64,000 nucleotides of DNA. Source: Octopus bimaculoides (taxonomy: Eukaryota). How positions within the stretch are numbered: position 1 is the first letter of the stretch; each line of letters opens with the position of its first letter. The translations under genes and the position numbers were made by a program. The notes beneath the pieces are model-generated. The model was not told the origin of the DNA and did no database searches. It saw only the letters and a program-made list of their open reading frames with translations. Positions 12,601 through 24,427 of this stretch are shown one piece after another. Where the stretch lies: assembly GCF_001194135.2 (NCBI RefSeq), contig NC_068981.1:94016462-94080461 (forward strand), given 5' to 3'.

Positions 12601-15600
12601 AATTGGCATAACATCAGTTTTTCCTTGCTGATAGTGAATTAGAAATAGGCCAATTATTTATCTTATCCGTGAGACAAACATGCACTATAGCTGTCTGGAC
12701 ATCACAAAAAAGTAGTGTTTTTTCTGACCATATGTATAGGAGAATTCAATTAGGTGCAGATGCATGTATATCTGTTAGTTAAACTGTGTGCTTGTGTGTA
12801 GGTGTGTGCATATGCTTGAGGATGTGTGTGTGTGTGAGAGAGACAGAGAGAGAGGGAGAGAGATAGAGAACACTAATTAGTCAGACCTCTGTAAATTGTA
12901 TGTAGAATATCTTTAGGAGAATTTGGGATTCATGCCTGACTCATCTGAGGCACCTATGCTTGCAATTGAAACCTCTTCCTTGAAAGAACATATTTTCTTA
13001 GATGTGTTCCTTCACATCTGTCATATCATTAAAAGCACATAACTCCCAAAGACTAAAGTTGGTCAAATGTTAAGTGTGCAGTGCTGTACTAAGGTCATAT
13101 GACATCCTTTGTCCTTACCAACTGGGATGCATTTATTCACTTTAACTCATAGCACTGTGTAACCTGATTTTTACTCTTGAGTAGCAACTGTTATTTCTTA
13201 TTTGCTTACCCCTAGGAAGTATGAAAAATGGCTAATATTTCCTTCAAACTTTGCTTTTAAGATATTTATTCAGACTCCAAAGAATCTCTCTCAACACATG
13301 GCTATGATGTTCTCCCACTACTCCTGTTCATTATCAGAGATGCACACATTGTCAACCACTAAGGGACGTGCTCAACTGGTTAAGGTCAAGCAACTGATGA
13401 GCAAACCTGTGGTATTGAGCAGAATATTTGCTATAATGGTATTTCTGCTTCAGCAACTCAGCACCAAATCAGCACTGAATGAGAGGTAATGGTCAATAGG
13501 TCAGTTTCAAAACATTGATGTCCAGGTCACAAAAACAAGTTTGAAAGGAATAGTAGTCATTTCCTTTGATTTCTAGATAGAAGCAAATTGGAAATAACAC
13601 TTACTGACCAAAAACCAAAATAAATAATAATTTTGTTGCATTGTGTAATAGAGAATTATCAGAATTATGAAGGATGTGTTTTGTGCATTGTATGGCATGT
13701 ATATTCTTTTGCCTCCCAATTTATAACCAGGCTCTTTGATCCCTCATCAAAGAGATCTATTCAAAATTTGCAAAGTCTTTTTATCCCAATTCTTCAGCTA
13801 CTCTGTAGTCACACCCAAAGTACTCATCCCCACCATTACCACCAAATACTTCACACCGTATACACTTGCTAGCTGAAAACTTTGATGAAACAACTAAATC
13901 TGACAATGTTCTAATGGCTTACCTATACGAGCACCCCTCTCCCCCACCAACTTCATTTCCTTGTAACTTCCAGAAAAATAGATATTTTAACGAAATATTT
14001 TACAAATACTCTTCAGATCGGGTAGATTACAATTATATCCGAATTTGTCATGAAAAAATATTTTTCCAAAGGCGATGAAAGGAGTTATGGAAAATTCACA
14101 CATATCGGCTTGTTTCCTCATAACTTTCAGAAAAATAGGTATTTTGTTAATGAAATTTTCTACAAATACCTTTCAGATGGCATAGATTACGATTATATTG
14201 GAATTCAATATGAAAAAATAAAAGAAAGAAAATTGATGGGTTCACACACATACATATTGACACACATCACATACATCTGCAAAATGAAACTTGAAATTTC
14301 TAAAACAATTGTGATGTGTGTCAGTATGTATGTGTACATACTCAACACTTTTATTTTTCACAATAAATTTCAATATAATTGTAATTTATTCCATCTGAAA
14401 GGTATTTGTAGAAAATTTCATTAAAAAATACCTATTTTTCTGAAAGTCATGCAGAAACAAAGCAAACTCATGGCAAGTTAAAGGTGAAAAAAGGCGGCGA
14501 GCTAGCAGAAACGCTAGCACGCCGGCCGAAATGCTTAGCGATATTTCATCTGCCATTACATTCTGAGTTCAAATTCTGCTGAGGTCGACTTTGCCTTTCA
14601 TCCTTTTGGGGTTGATAAATTAAGTACCAGTTACGCACTGGGGTCGATGTAATCGACTTAATCCGTTTGTCTGTCCTTGTTTGTTTCCTCTATGTATAGC
14701 CCCTTGTGGGCAATAAAGAAAAAAAAGAAACAAAGCTAACTCATGGGAATTTTCCAAAACTCCTCTTCCCACTCACAGAAAAAATTTTTCACAATAATTT
14801 CAAATATAATCTGAAGCATAGTTGCAGGAAATTTCATTAAAGAATATCCATTTTTTTGGAACTTAGGAAACAAATTTGTGGGTAGCACACTCGTGTAGGT
14901 ATGCTGTTCCAGTAATCACCTTTAGTGTGCTTTTAAGTTGGCCCTTATTCTTGATGGGATTCTAACCAAATGTACTGAACTAGTAATCCACTTAGTAAAC
15001 TCAGGTTTCCTTCTCTCACCATTTCTACTGTCTAATATTCCAGACTCCATTCTGAAGTCTTTTTCTGGAACTTTCTTTATTCACAATTTTCCTACTGGTA
15101 TTGACTTGTAAAAGTTTAAGATGAAAAATTGAAAACATAGAAATATGGATATAAAACAGCAAACAGATTGTCAAATTACAAGAAGCAATTTTATAGTTTG
15201 CCATGGAAAATAAAATATGATTGATGATCTGCAGTGGCTTATGATAACATTATTTAGCTCCAAATCCATTTACATTAAGAAGCAGAGATGAATCTTCAGT
15301 GGATGAGGTGCCAGTTTGTTAAAAAATAATGTCGGAAAATCTGTATCATATTATCTACTGTTAGGTGCATGTAACATTAAGGGATCTTCCTAAAGGCACT
15401 ACATAAGTCATACAGTGAATTTGAAACCACATTCTATTTAGCTGGTTGTTCAACATACACCCTGTAATTTCATCATCATAATTATCATAGTTTAATGTCT
15501 GTTTTTCATGCTGGCATGGGTTGACTGATTTGACTGGAGTTGGTAAGCAGGAGAGCTGCACCAGGTTCCAGTCTGATTTGGCTTAGTTTCTATGGTTGGA

Positions 15601-18600
15601 TGCCCTTCCTAACACCAGCCACTTTACAGAATGTGCTGGGTGCTTTTTACGTGGCACAAGTATGGGTGCTTTTGCATTGTGCCAGCTTGGGTGCTTTCTA
15701 CATTGCACTGGCAAATGTGCGTTACAAAATTTATTTTGGTTTTATTATTAAAAGTACTGTTATTGTGAATATTATCACATTGCTTGTATCACAGTCCTGA
15801 AGGTAATATGTAGTAATTTTTTCCAAACCTGACATTTTTTTCTGTTCTGGAATATGAAGAAAAAACTGAAAATGAAAGGTTTTAGCAGTCTTAATTAAAA
15901 GTATCAGATGAAAGTGTAGTAATGATTATTCATATTATCTCCCATCATTACACTTTGTTATTATTCTCTTCACTTCAATAAGTGGGTGGTTAGTATAACA
16001 GAACTGAAGAAGAATCATACAGTTGCCTCTTAGAGTTCTGAAGTACTAATCTAATCACTTTAGCCATATTCTTTTTTAAGGGTTTTTACATAACAACTGT
16101 TAATTTGTTTTTTTACCTTTTTCTCGCTTCAGTTATTTGTGGCCATTCTGGAGTATCACTTGCAAGGGATTTAGTAGATCATATTAGCACCAATAGTTAT
16201 TTCTGTCTAGAGTTTATTTATTATGTATATTTAAGTGGTTAAGATAGACTATATATATGTATACATATATATATCTACACACACATATAATACATACATA
16301 CATACATGCATGCATGCATGCATGCATGCATTCGTACATACATACATACATACTTACTTACTTACTTACTTACTATTTATTTTGTTTTGTTTTTGTTTTT
16401 CAGGGAAACTATTCGAACTGTCTTACAGAATTCAAAAGAATTGACCGAAAAGTTGCATGATACAGAGACAAAGTTTGATGATATCAGAGAAGAGAATTCT
16501 ATGATATTGCAAATCCTTCAAGATGCTTCAGCTGCTATAAAGGATTACCTCTTGGTAAATTGAAAAGTTCATTTAACTATTTATTCAGAGTATTTTGTGT
16601 GGCTTATGAAGTTCAGTTTGAAATCATGAACAAATGTCTTTGTGTCCACCTAAGCCTTCTGAGTGAAATTAGGTTGATGGAAACTGTAGAATCATGTTGG
16701 ATGGACTATAAATGTAACCCTGTTAAACAGGAGCAACGTCTCTTTAACAGTATCCTCTCTGTTGAGAGTATGAGTGGTGCTGAAAAGTTCCTGGCTTTGA
16801 ATAAAAGAAAATACCAGGAGGATCAGTTAATTATGATTTTATTCAACATATTCCCCTCTCAGATTCATACACTTAGTGCAGTGGTCCTTCAATTTTTCTA
16901 AGCCCTATGAAAGAACTCAGAATGTTGGGCTTCCAGCCAGGCCTTTCATGATACCCTTAAAGCCAGGAATTTTCCAGTACCCTCTCATATTTGGCCAAGA
17001 ACTCCAATCAGAGAACAATTCTTATTCTTAGTTTTCATGTTTTCGTTTTTGTGGTTTTGTCCTCATCAGAGGAGAAAAGGCAGTACCCTTGACCTTTTTG
17101 CAAGATTTATGGAAGTGGTGGGGAGAATCAGAGGGAAAAAATGATGGATTGTGGGTAAGGACATTATGAAGCAGAACATCAAGTTAAGAAGTACATTAAG
17201 TAAACATGATTTAATATCATTGTATACATGTAAAACAATGGGAAAATAAGTTATTGTCTATTTTCTGGAGTATTTAAAACCACGTACTAACTTCGTGAAG
17301 ATATGATTTTTAAATGAGGCATTTTAATGATCTATTTAAATCTCAGACAGCTTCTGCATAACCTCATTTGTAGACCATCAAAAACAGTTATTTTATATGT
17401 CTGTGGAACATGCAATGAAAAGATGATTCAGACTGGAACAATACTTGATAAAAAAAAAAAAGGCTGCAGTCTCACATTCTCCTAGCAAGTTGAAGAGCTG
17501 CTTTACCTAAATGTTTTTGTGCCTGTCCATTATCCAATCCTCAATGTGACAGAAGATATACTTTATCAAGCATAACAAGAGCTTGAAAACCCATAGAGTT
17601 TACATGTGCCATATAAGTACTAGTCTAAGTTCTAGTTTACATCAAAAATATTACACAGTCCATGGCTGGCACTGATCATAAACAGTGTGCACTACAGCTA
17701 CAATTCTTAATTTTTTTAGGCAACCATTTAACCATCAACATTTAACGATTAGAACAGTATACCTCTCAGTTCTAGATAAAAAGAAAGCTTAAATTAAGAT
17801 CAAGCAATTGGTGACATCTGATTTGAGTGGAACAATTCTCTTTGATGCTTCTGTAACTTTACTCTCATATGGCTGGACAATTCATTCTGTTTTAAAGCTA
17901 CCACTCAATGGCAGACCTGTGTGTTATATTGGTATTTGATCATTCCCAAAGCACCTATTATTATATGGATAGTTTCTGTTTACAGGTCCCCACAGTCAGG
18001 TTATCTCTATTTCCATGTTAATTCCTCTAACATTTTTAGAGATACATTATCATCTGTTGGGACAGATATATTGATTAGGAGTCATTTATTATTCTTGTGC
18101 ATGACAACAATATCTGGTTGGTTAGCCTTGATCTCCCTGTCTATTTGTATTGGCACATCCTGAGGTATGTGGCTGTGTGACCTTTTCAGCTGTACATCTA
18201 TACCATCTCTTTTCTGTCAGTATCTCATGATTCTGGCATAACTTTCAGTGTAAGTCCGAACTTTATCATGTCTGTGGATGCATTCTTTCTTGACTAAGAC
18301 TGAGTATCCAGTAATAATGATAATTGTTTCTTCATCATATTCTACAGTTACTGTATTCTGCTTCATTATATGCTTTCCATGGCTTTTAATAGAGAGGTTA
18401 TAGATCCCTTCTATTTATCAGCATTCTTGCTTAAAAAGCATAGAAGAGCATTTTCCATTCTGGCGGTGTAAGGATATTTTCTTTTTCATGAAGTAAGGTC
18501 TTTTTTTTTCTTCCTTTTCCATTTTCATACACTCATATTAATCCAACACTAATAAAGGTCAGCGAAGTAGTACACATACAAGAAGCAGAAGTCAAACCCA

Positions 18601-21600
18601 CCCAATACTTTAACAGGAAGAATGAGTCACACACGTGCATACACGCACACACATACACACACACACACACACACGCACTAACTGCTCTAAACTCAACAGG
18701 GTCATAACCCTGTCATGCTGTGTTCCTGTTATAGTGTGAATAGCCTAAACATAATCTCTACCTGATTCCCATTAAGTGGTAAGGAACAACACATGTAGAA
18801 AAAGAAGATAGAATACTAAAAAGACAACTGATTTGTCGTCACGTGTGTTTATGACTCATTGTTAATTGCCTAACCCCATAGCTGTTGTTTACTTCTGTTT
18901 TTAATTGGAAAAAAAAAAGGATTTTTTTTTTTTTGTGATAAAATGAGTATGTGGTGAACCCACCACTTTGGTAAACAAGCAAGGCCTAGACTTTTTACAG
19001 TTAGGAATTATTGATGATATTCATGCTTTGGACGAGGTGAGCAAGAATTTCCACAGGTTTACTCTTATGCAAACAGTGAAAGTAATTCGGAGAATGAAAC
19101 TGCTGAAAATGGCAACGTAAGTCGCGATTCAGGTGAAGAAATTGAGAGTGGCCCTCACACAGCTGATATGGAGTATTTGTGTGTGAAACCTAGTTACAGG
19201 GACTACTGGTCAAATGACAGTGCTGACATTTTAGGTAATACTTCTGGTTTTTGTAGCATCCTGACTTGTGATCAGTTTTGTGCAATTTGGACATTTCTGT
19301 ATGTTATTGATGAAGAAGGTCTGGCAATTGACAAGACTGACAGAATTTATTAAGTAAGACCAATGCTAACCAATTTCATGCAGAAATGTTGATATTACTA
19401 CAAACCACATAAGCATCTCAGCCTGGAAGAGGGGGATGACTCCCTCTAAAATCTAACATGCACTCAAACAGTATATAAAGGATAAACCTACAAAATGGGG
19501 AATAAAATCTTTTCCATTGTGTAAAACTGAGACTGGTTATGTGATGAATGCAGAAATTTACACTGGTGCAGGAGAAATCATTGACAAAAAACTTGGTTTG
19601 GGTGGGAATACAGTCATACAACTAATTCATATCATCTGAATTGGAAAATAAATCTTATGTCCTTGTGATGGACGGGTACCACAACTCAGTTTTCCTGTCA
19701 AAATATGCTATGAATGAAATCCATATGGGAGTTGTGAGAATGTCAATGCTGAACTAGAAACATGTCCTCAAATCCCTAAAAGTGCAGAAGCTATTCCAGT
19801 GTGGAAATTTCTAATATCTGTATCATAGGAGTGTGGTATGCATGGTTGGCAGGAAAGAAAGCTGATTCTTCAGATATAAAATTATGATATCCCAGATTTT
19901 GTAACAGCCAGCAGAAGAAACAAGCATGGCTCTGTATCAGAAATACCAATGCCCAAACTTGTGAAAGACTACAACTAATTTATGTGTAGATGTGATAAAA
20001 ATGACCAGATGACCCATCTAAACCACAGTAGCAAGCTTTACAGATGTCCAAGGCATCTGTTTATAAAATTCTTCATGTGAGCTTGATATAATTCTTTCAT
20101 TCTTTTCAATGCTAAAAGGCAACATTTGGTAACTGGAGGAACTTTGCCTAGCCCTCATTGGAAATTATCTCTCATCTGCTTGTTTGTGAATATGAAAAGA
20201 GTCATGTGACCTACACCATATCCAAAGGTCTCTCTTTTCAGAAGTACCTACTGAAACATCTACAAACCTTGTATGTGTTGCATACAATGAAAAACACCAG
20301 AGATACAAAAGGAGTAGCCCTAAGTTAGCTTATAAAGACATCCCAGAGAAGCTGGCGAAGACAGCACTGTGGTGCAGCCACTGCAAAAAGTATTTATGCA
20401 TCAAGCAAGGGTCAACATGGTGGGCTGACTGGTATACTAAGGTAGAACACTGGTGGTTGTTGAGAGATAGGCCTATTATTGTTATTCTACTAATTTTTTT
20501 TTTTTTGTGATTCTGTCCTTTAGTTTGCCTGCAATCATTACTCTTCAGCTGTGTATACAACTATTTATTTTTTTTGTTCAGGAGACCAGGTAGGGAGTAA
20601 AGCTAGACACAGGCACCCAGAGCCCAGGCCTGAGAGGGTTAAAAAGTTTTGCACTTATTTTATGTATTTTTAAGTGAATTTCCTAACCTAATGAATATTG
20701 AAAAAACCTTAGTCTTTCAAAAAAATATATTTAATTTACTACTATCAAATTTAATTATTTTGCAGTCTTTAGAGGCAGATGATAACACATCAGAGTCACA
20801 TGAATTGATAGGAACTCACCGAGATAATATGATGCAACATTTGCTCATGATATTAAATACAGCCCGAGTTCTTGGATTAGGACCAGGAATTGCAGACTTA
20901 AATCGATCACGTTCTCTACAAACTGATACAATTAAACCTCAAGAGAAGAAGAAAATAATGTAAGTTGAAATTTCTGTATGTATGAGTTGGGGTAGATTTG
21001 TGTGTATTATGATACTGTACCATCTACTAATTAAGGAGTAGATGATATGGTATACCAGCCACCTTCACGTGAATTTATTGCACAGCTTCTCCATTGCCTT
21101 TACCTGAGTCATGGCAAAGTCACAAAGTGAAAATAGCCACTGCAGTCTGGGTATTAGGCCATACCAAAGATGCTTCACTTTGAACCTTCCAAATAGTTGT
21201 GAATTATCAATGACACTCAAGTGTTTCAAACAGACTAAGGATTTCATATGAAAATTTGTAAAAACCTTAGAAAAGATAAAATGAGAATACAGTTATGTTT
21301 ACAAGATAGCATTTGAAAGGAAAACCAATCCTCATATGCACATGTGTGTGTGTGTGTGTTATGTTTGAAATTAAAGATGGGACTTCACAGCAAGTTACAT
21401 GGTTCCATTCAACAAGTCGCAGCTTCAAAAATAAAATATGGTGCTCCAGCATGAATGTAGCTGCATGGCAGAAACAAATAAAAGAGTAAATGAATATATA
21501 AACACAATTCATATTTATTGAGCAATTTCCAAATACTAACTGATTGCCAAACCCTGATTGTTGATCACTTATTTAGAAAAGAAAAATCTATTAATTTTTT

Positions 21601-23723
21601 TTATCATTATTAAAACTGCATTAACAACAGTCATTTTCTTAGTTTTTGTGTATTTTACACATATCAGAGACATGAAAGAAAATATTGCATATTTTTGCAT
21701 GTGAATAAATACATTTATTACATGTTCTACATATAACAATTGAATAGATGAATGCATGACCTATTCTCTAATGTACTTTTGGTCACCAATCAAAGCTCAA
21801 TGATTAATCATATTTCAGAATCATCATCATCATCATCATCGTCGTTTATCGTCCGCTTTCCATGCTAGCACCAGGCTCCAATCTGATTTGGCAGAGTTTC
21901 TACAGCTGGATGCCCTTCCTAACGCCAACCACTCTGAGAGTGTAGTAGGTGCTTTTACGTGCCACCTGCACGAAGGCCAGTCAGGCGGTACTGGCAACGG
22001 CCACACTCAAAATGGTGTATTTGACGTGCCACCTGCACAGGAGCAAGTTCGGCGGCACTGGCAACGATCTCGCTCGAATGTCTTTACACGTGCCATCTGG
22101 CACAAGTGCCAGGAATGTGATGCTGGGCACAGGTGCCATTGATGGTTTCGCTTTCGCTTGCCCCAATAAGTCTTGTTTACAAATATTTTTGTTGATATTA
22201 TTGTTACATTCATTCCCTTCTCTATTGTTGGGGTTGTTATGAGCTGTATCTTGAACTTTCCAAACTGAACACTTGAACAATATATTCACTGAATTTTGTT
22301 GTGTTCGTCCATCTCATCTTATCTTCTTTGCCCACTTATCCCTGGAAGAGTTATGGGAGCAGAATCCTTCAGCATGTCCTTTATTGAGTCCTGTCAGAAG
22401 CAACTATCTCCAATTAATCCAGCTGGATCTCCAAGTGAGACCAAATGAGCTCATGGATGTTATCCAACCATCTTCATGTTCTACCCTGGGTCTCCTTCTG
22501 GCTAGTTTTTGCCCATAAAATTTGCCCTATTGTTCTTTCCAGGGACGTTCTTACCACATGTCCTTAATATCATCCATACATGGCTAAATTTGATGTTATT
22601 AAAACAGCAGTCACTAAGAAACAAATAATATAAATCAATTTCTCACAAAATAATAAAACTTGTTCATTAAGCTCTTGTTAAAATGATAAATGATGCATAC
22701 TAGCACGAGAGGTAGGTGAACATATTTTGTTCCTCACATTACAGTTCCCTTGTATTATGTATTCTTTCCACACGTATTTTATTTGTGCATGCATCATTTT
22801 CCTTTCATCTTGCAGAGCTCAATAGTGAGGTTTATTATTTTGCATGAAATTACTTATTTTCCTCCAAGTTAAAGTGGTGAGCTGGCAGAATCACTAGCAC
22901 ATCAGACAAAGTACTTAGTGGCATTTCTTGTAACTCACTATGTTCTGAGTACAAATTTTGCTAAGGTTGACCTTAGCTTCTATCCTTTGAGGGTTGATAA
23001 AATAAGTACTATTGAGAACCAAGGTCAAAGTAAATGACTAATCTCCACCTCTTACAAAAAAATCTCTGTCCTTGTATCAAAATTCAAGACCATTATTTTC
23101 CTACATGTCATTATTTCTTTGATAACATCAGATTTGATAATTTCATCAAAAAAATTTAGAAATGTAAGATTTGAATCTTTCTATGAATTTTTTCATTTGA
23201 AATTGAAAGTCAGTCCTAGATTGTCTTTCAAATCTTCTGTATAGTACTCTATTAATCTATATGAGGAAAAACAAATATTGACTAAAAACTTGAAGATGAT
23301 GCCCCAGGATGGCTGTAGGCTAATGACTGAAGCAGTAAAAGAATATATATTATCATCAACATCATCATTGTTTTAACATCCACTTTTCCACACTTGTATG
23401 GGTCAGGTGGAATGCATGGAATGTTGTTGAGGCAGATTTTCTATGGCTAGATGCCCTTCCTGTTGCCAAAACATCTGTTTCCAAATAAGGTAATATTTCC
23501 CCATATGTGTGTGTGGTGTGTGTGATGTGTGTGTGTGTGTGTGTATGTGTCTGTGTGTGGTGTGTGCAAGAATAGCTGTGTGGTTACAAAACTTGCTTCC
23601 CAGCCACTCGCTTTCTGGTTCAGTCCCACTGTGGGACATCTTGGGCAAGTGTCTTCTGCTGTAGCCCTGGGTTGACCAAAGCCTTATGAGTGGATTGGTC
23701 AATGAAAACTTTAAAAATGCCTG

Positions 23724-23767
<44 letters not shown>

Positions 23768-24427
23768 ACTTGTCAGTGTGTAAATTGGTGTCTTCTTGTC
23801 TTGGCATTGTGTGACTGTTGTAAATGAGTATTCCCATCATACAAGTCTTTTGTTTCTAGGTTTCCATGGAAACATATCCACCCACAGGGAAAATTTATCT
23901 TACTTGGAAACCAGTGAGTGTTGGTGACAGGAACAGCATCCTGCTATAGAAAATTTTCCTCAGCTAATTTCATCTGATCCATGCAAGCATCAAAAAGTGA
24001 ATGATGATAATGGATGGATGGATTCTTTCTTTCATTCAGTACCACTTTTAACTGCTGGGTCAATATTTGTTTCCCCTTGGCGTGTTTCACAAGTGCATAT
24101 CATATTGGTTTGTAAACAAATCCATCTAAAGTTTAGCTTAAATGTTTGATATGTACGTATGAATGAATGAACAAATGACTGAATGACCATTGTTAATAAT
24201 TCTGTTGTTTATTATTTTCAAGAAATTTGCCACCTATTCAACTAAAGGGAAGAGATATTCCACCAGCTCACTACAACCTAGGGGACATTGGCTTTGTTCC
24301 CCGCTCTTCTCAACCTGGAAATGTGGAATCTGACAGTTCAAGTGAAGAACAACAGACCGAACTTAAAGAAAATTACCAGTCTACTGGAGTTCAGACTTTG
24401 AGTATGAAAAGAGTAAGAACTATGTAG
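659..24427 (+). CDS. CFAP157: Cilia- and flagella-associated protein 157 (spliced, 9 exons, 508 aa if exon 9 is terminal; may extend to about 38067)
   Basis: Exons 659-810, 4493-4614, 6537-6686, 7506-7659, 9856-10123, 12077-12207, 16404-16554, 20766-20959 and 24223-24427 all join through GT-AG with matching phases (1527 nt). Motifs [57 protein letters not shown] and [11 protein letters not shown] match CFAP157/C9orf117 as recalled. Confidence 0.92.
1140..2090 (+). mobile_element. Decayed RTE-clade LINE fragment (PHD-insert family)
   Basis: Translates to [14 protein letters not shown]..., [21 protein letters not shown]... and post-[10 protein letters not shown]..., homologous to 11194-11998, with stops and frameshifts. 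Confidence 0.75.
2413..2588 (+). mobile_element. tRNA-derived SINE family M (core GCCTTTCATCCTTTCGGGGTCGATAAATTAAGTACCAG)
   Basis: A-box and B-box (GAGTTCAAATTC) plus the shared core. Further copies or fragments near 290-440, 7290-7360(-), 34015-34080(-), 40040-40200(-), 42340-42515(-), 60710-60800, 63020-63175 and 63930-64000. Confidence 0.8.
4105..4383. repeat. Long inverted repeat (fold-back), arms 4105-4210 and 4267-4383
   Basis: Near-perfect reverse complement over about 105 bp with a 56-nt spacer. Confidence 0.9.
4493..4614 (+). CDS. CFAP157: CFAP157 exon 2 ([11 protein letters not shown]...YWKQQLKLK)
   Basis: Acceptor TTTTTCAG, donor G|GTAACT; phase 2 in, phase 1 out. Confidence 0.9.
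4631..4780 (+). mobile_element. RTE LINE 3'-UTR fragment with (GAT)n tail
   Basis: AGGAAGGGCAT...GGACGTTAAA...GATGATGAT, the same family as 53779-54567. Confidence 0.7.
4810..4905. repeat. (TA)n microsatellite
   Basis: About 45 TA units. Many similar (TA)n, (CA)n and compound tracts occur across the window, e.g. 1-40, 27100-27260, 29620-29825, 30600-30776 and 35335-35510. Confidence 0.97.
4925..5465 (-). mobile_element. 3' fragment of a second RTE (BovB/AviRTE-like) LINE with C-terminal C2H2 fingers
   Basis: [23 protein letters not shown] followed by [21 protein letters not shown], a typical RTE ORF C-terminus. Confidence 0.8.
5944..6166 (-). mobile_element. RTE 3'-UTR fragment
   Basis: (CAT)n-TTTAACGT...TTTCCATG...CTACAGCTAGATG..CTTCCTAATGC. 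Confidence 0.75.
6537..6686 (+). CDS. CFAP157: CFAP157 exon 3 ([25 protein letters not shown]...AENTIL)
   Basis: Acceptor TTTATAG, donor A|GTGAGT; 150 nt, phase 1-1. Confidence 0.92.
7506..7659 (+). CDS. CFAP157: CFAP157 exon 4 ([12 protein letters not shown]...[11 protein letters not shown])
   Basis: Acceptor AAACAG, donor AG|GTGAGT; strongly conserved motif. Confidence 0.93.
8100..8880 (+). mobile_element. Decayed RTE (BovB-like) endonuclease-RT linker and RT N-terminal fragment
   Basis: Remnants resembling DANIITLYKNKGDRSDCNNYRGISLL (GATACCAATATCATTGATTTCTATGAGGACAGGGGTGAAAGAAGCAACCGTAACAATTACAG). Confidence 0.6.
9856..10123 (+). CDS. CFAP157: CFAP157 exon 5 ([19 protein letters not shown]...LNCQK)
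   Basis: Acceptor TTTTTATTAG, donor AAG|GTGAGT; lies within ORF 9785-10189. Confidence 0.93.
10655..10920 (-). mobile_element. RTE C-terminal and 3'-UTR fragment
   Basis: [16 protein letters not shown] motif followed by the family 3'-UTR. Confidence 0.65.
11194..11998 (-). mobile_element. RTE-clade LINE fragment (RT C-terminal half with PHD-like insert and thumb)
   Basis: ORFs 11704-11973 and 11339-11713: WKQGLE..., C4HC3 finger, [26 protein letters not shown]; frameshifted. Confidence 0.88.
12077..12207 (+). CDS. CFAP157: CFAP157 exon 6 ([14 protein letters not shown]...QLENTE)
   Basis: Acceptor TTACAG, phase 0. Donor GA|GTTGGT was chosen because it gives the phase 2 required by exon 7. 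Resembles IILMLTKKCQE. Confidence 0.8.
13182..13612 (+). repeat. Dispersed unclassified repeat (about 430 bp)
   Basis: Colinear with 60882-61290; about 200-bp core shared with 2190-2390. Confidence 0.8.
13917..14904. mobile_element. Foldback-like element with long modular inverted repeats
   Basis: Two direct ~100-bp units (about 13956-14060 and 14113-14222) are mirrored by inverted units (about 14350-14460 and 14780-14870). Outer ends GCTTACCTATACGAG / CTCGTGTAGGTATGC. Confidence 0.65.
14493..14725 (+). mobile_element. SINE family M, full length, with ~21-bp TSD
   Basis: GGCGGCGAGCTAGCAGAA head and AATAAAGAAAA tail; TSD AGAAACAAAGC(A/T)AACTCATGG at 14453-14473 and 14726-14746. Confidence 0.9.
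15470..15715 (-). mobile_element. RTE 3'-UTR fragment
   Basis: Family consensus CATGCTGGCATGGGTTG...GGATGCCCTTCCTAACACC. Confidence 0.75.
16404..16554 (+). CDS. CFAP157: CFAP157 exon 7 (ETIRTVLQ...[12 protein letters not shown])
   Basis: Long T-tract acceptor TTTTTCAG, donor TTG|GTAAAT; coiled-coil. Confidence 0.88.
17900..18420 (-). mobile_element. R2-superfamily (R4/Dong-like) non-LTR retroelement 3' fragment with restriction-like endonuclease
   Basis: Translates to [10 protein letters not shown]..., [41 protein letters not shown] and [10 protein letters not shown], i.e. zinc-knuckle remnant plus PD..D REL endonuclease motifs. Confidence 0.8.
18708..20638 (+). mobile_element. Fossil piggyBac transposon (PGBD4-like transposase pseudogene)
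   Basis: [55 protein letters not shown] and a C-terminal Cys-rich domain. Right end ...GAGAGGG|TTAA; degenerate left end ATAA|CCCTGTCATGC. Confidence 0.85.
20766..20959 (+). CDS. CFAP157: CFAP157 exon 8 (SLEADDNTS...[15 protein letters not shown]...KKKI)
   Basis: Acceptor TTTTGCAG, donor AT|GTAAGT; motif resembles MLQQLLVMLSS. Confidence 0.85.
21822..22150 (-). mobile_element. RTE 3'-UTR fragment with internal deletion
   Basis: (CAT)n tail; lacks the ~45-nt TGGGTTGGACG...AACA block seen at 34981-35026 and 53818-53863. Confidence 0.8.
22874..23095 (+). mobile_element. SINE family M
   Basis: GGTGAGCTGGCAGAA head plus the core motif. Confidence 0.75.
23352..23500 (-). mobile_element. RTE-type 3'-UTR fragment
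   Basis: CATCATTG.TTTAACATCCAC...GATGCCCTTCCTG. Confidence 0.6.
23574..23725 (+). mobile_element. CORE-type tRNA-derived SINE
   Basis: GGTTCAGTCCCAC B-box and CTTGGGCAAGTGTCTT (CORE-like), ending in (TG)n. Confidence 0.75.
24223..24427 (+). CDS. CFAP157: CFAP157 exon 9 (NLPPIQ...[11 protein letters not shown]...; stop at 24425-24427, or internal donor at 24412/3)
   Basis: Acceptor TTTTCAAG, phase 2; conserved GD(L/I)G(L/F)VPR motif. Confidence 0.87.

Noticed and set aside
16560-16901. 113-aa ORF after CFAP157 exon 7
   Set aside because: It has a non-ATG start, intronic composition and no motif or usable splice sites.
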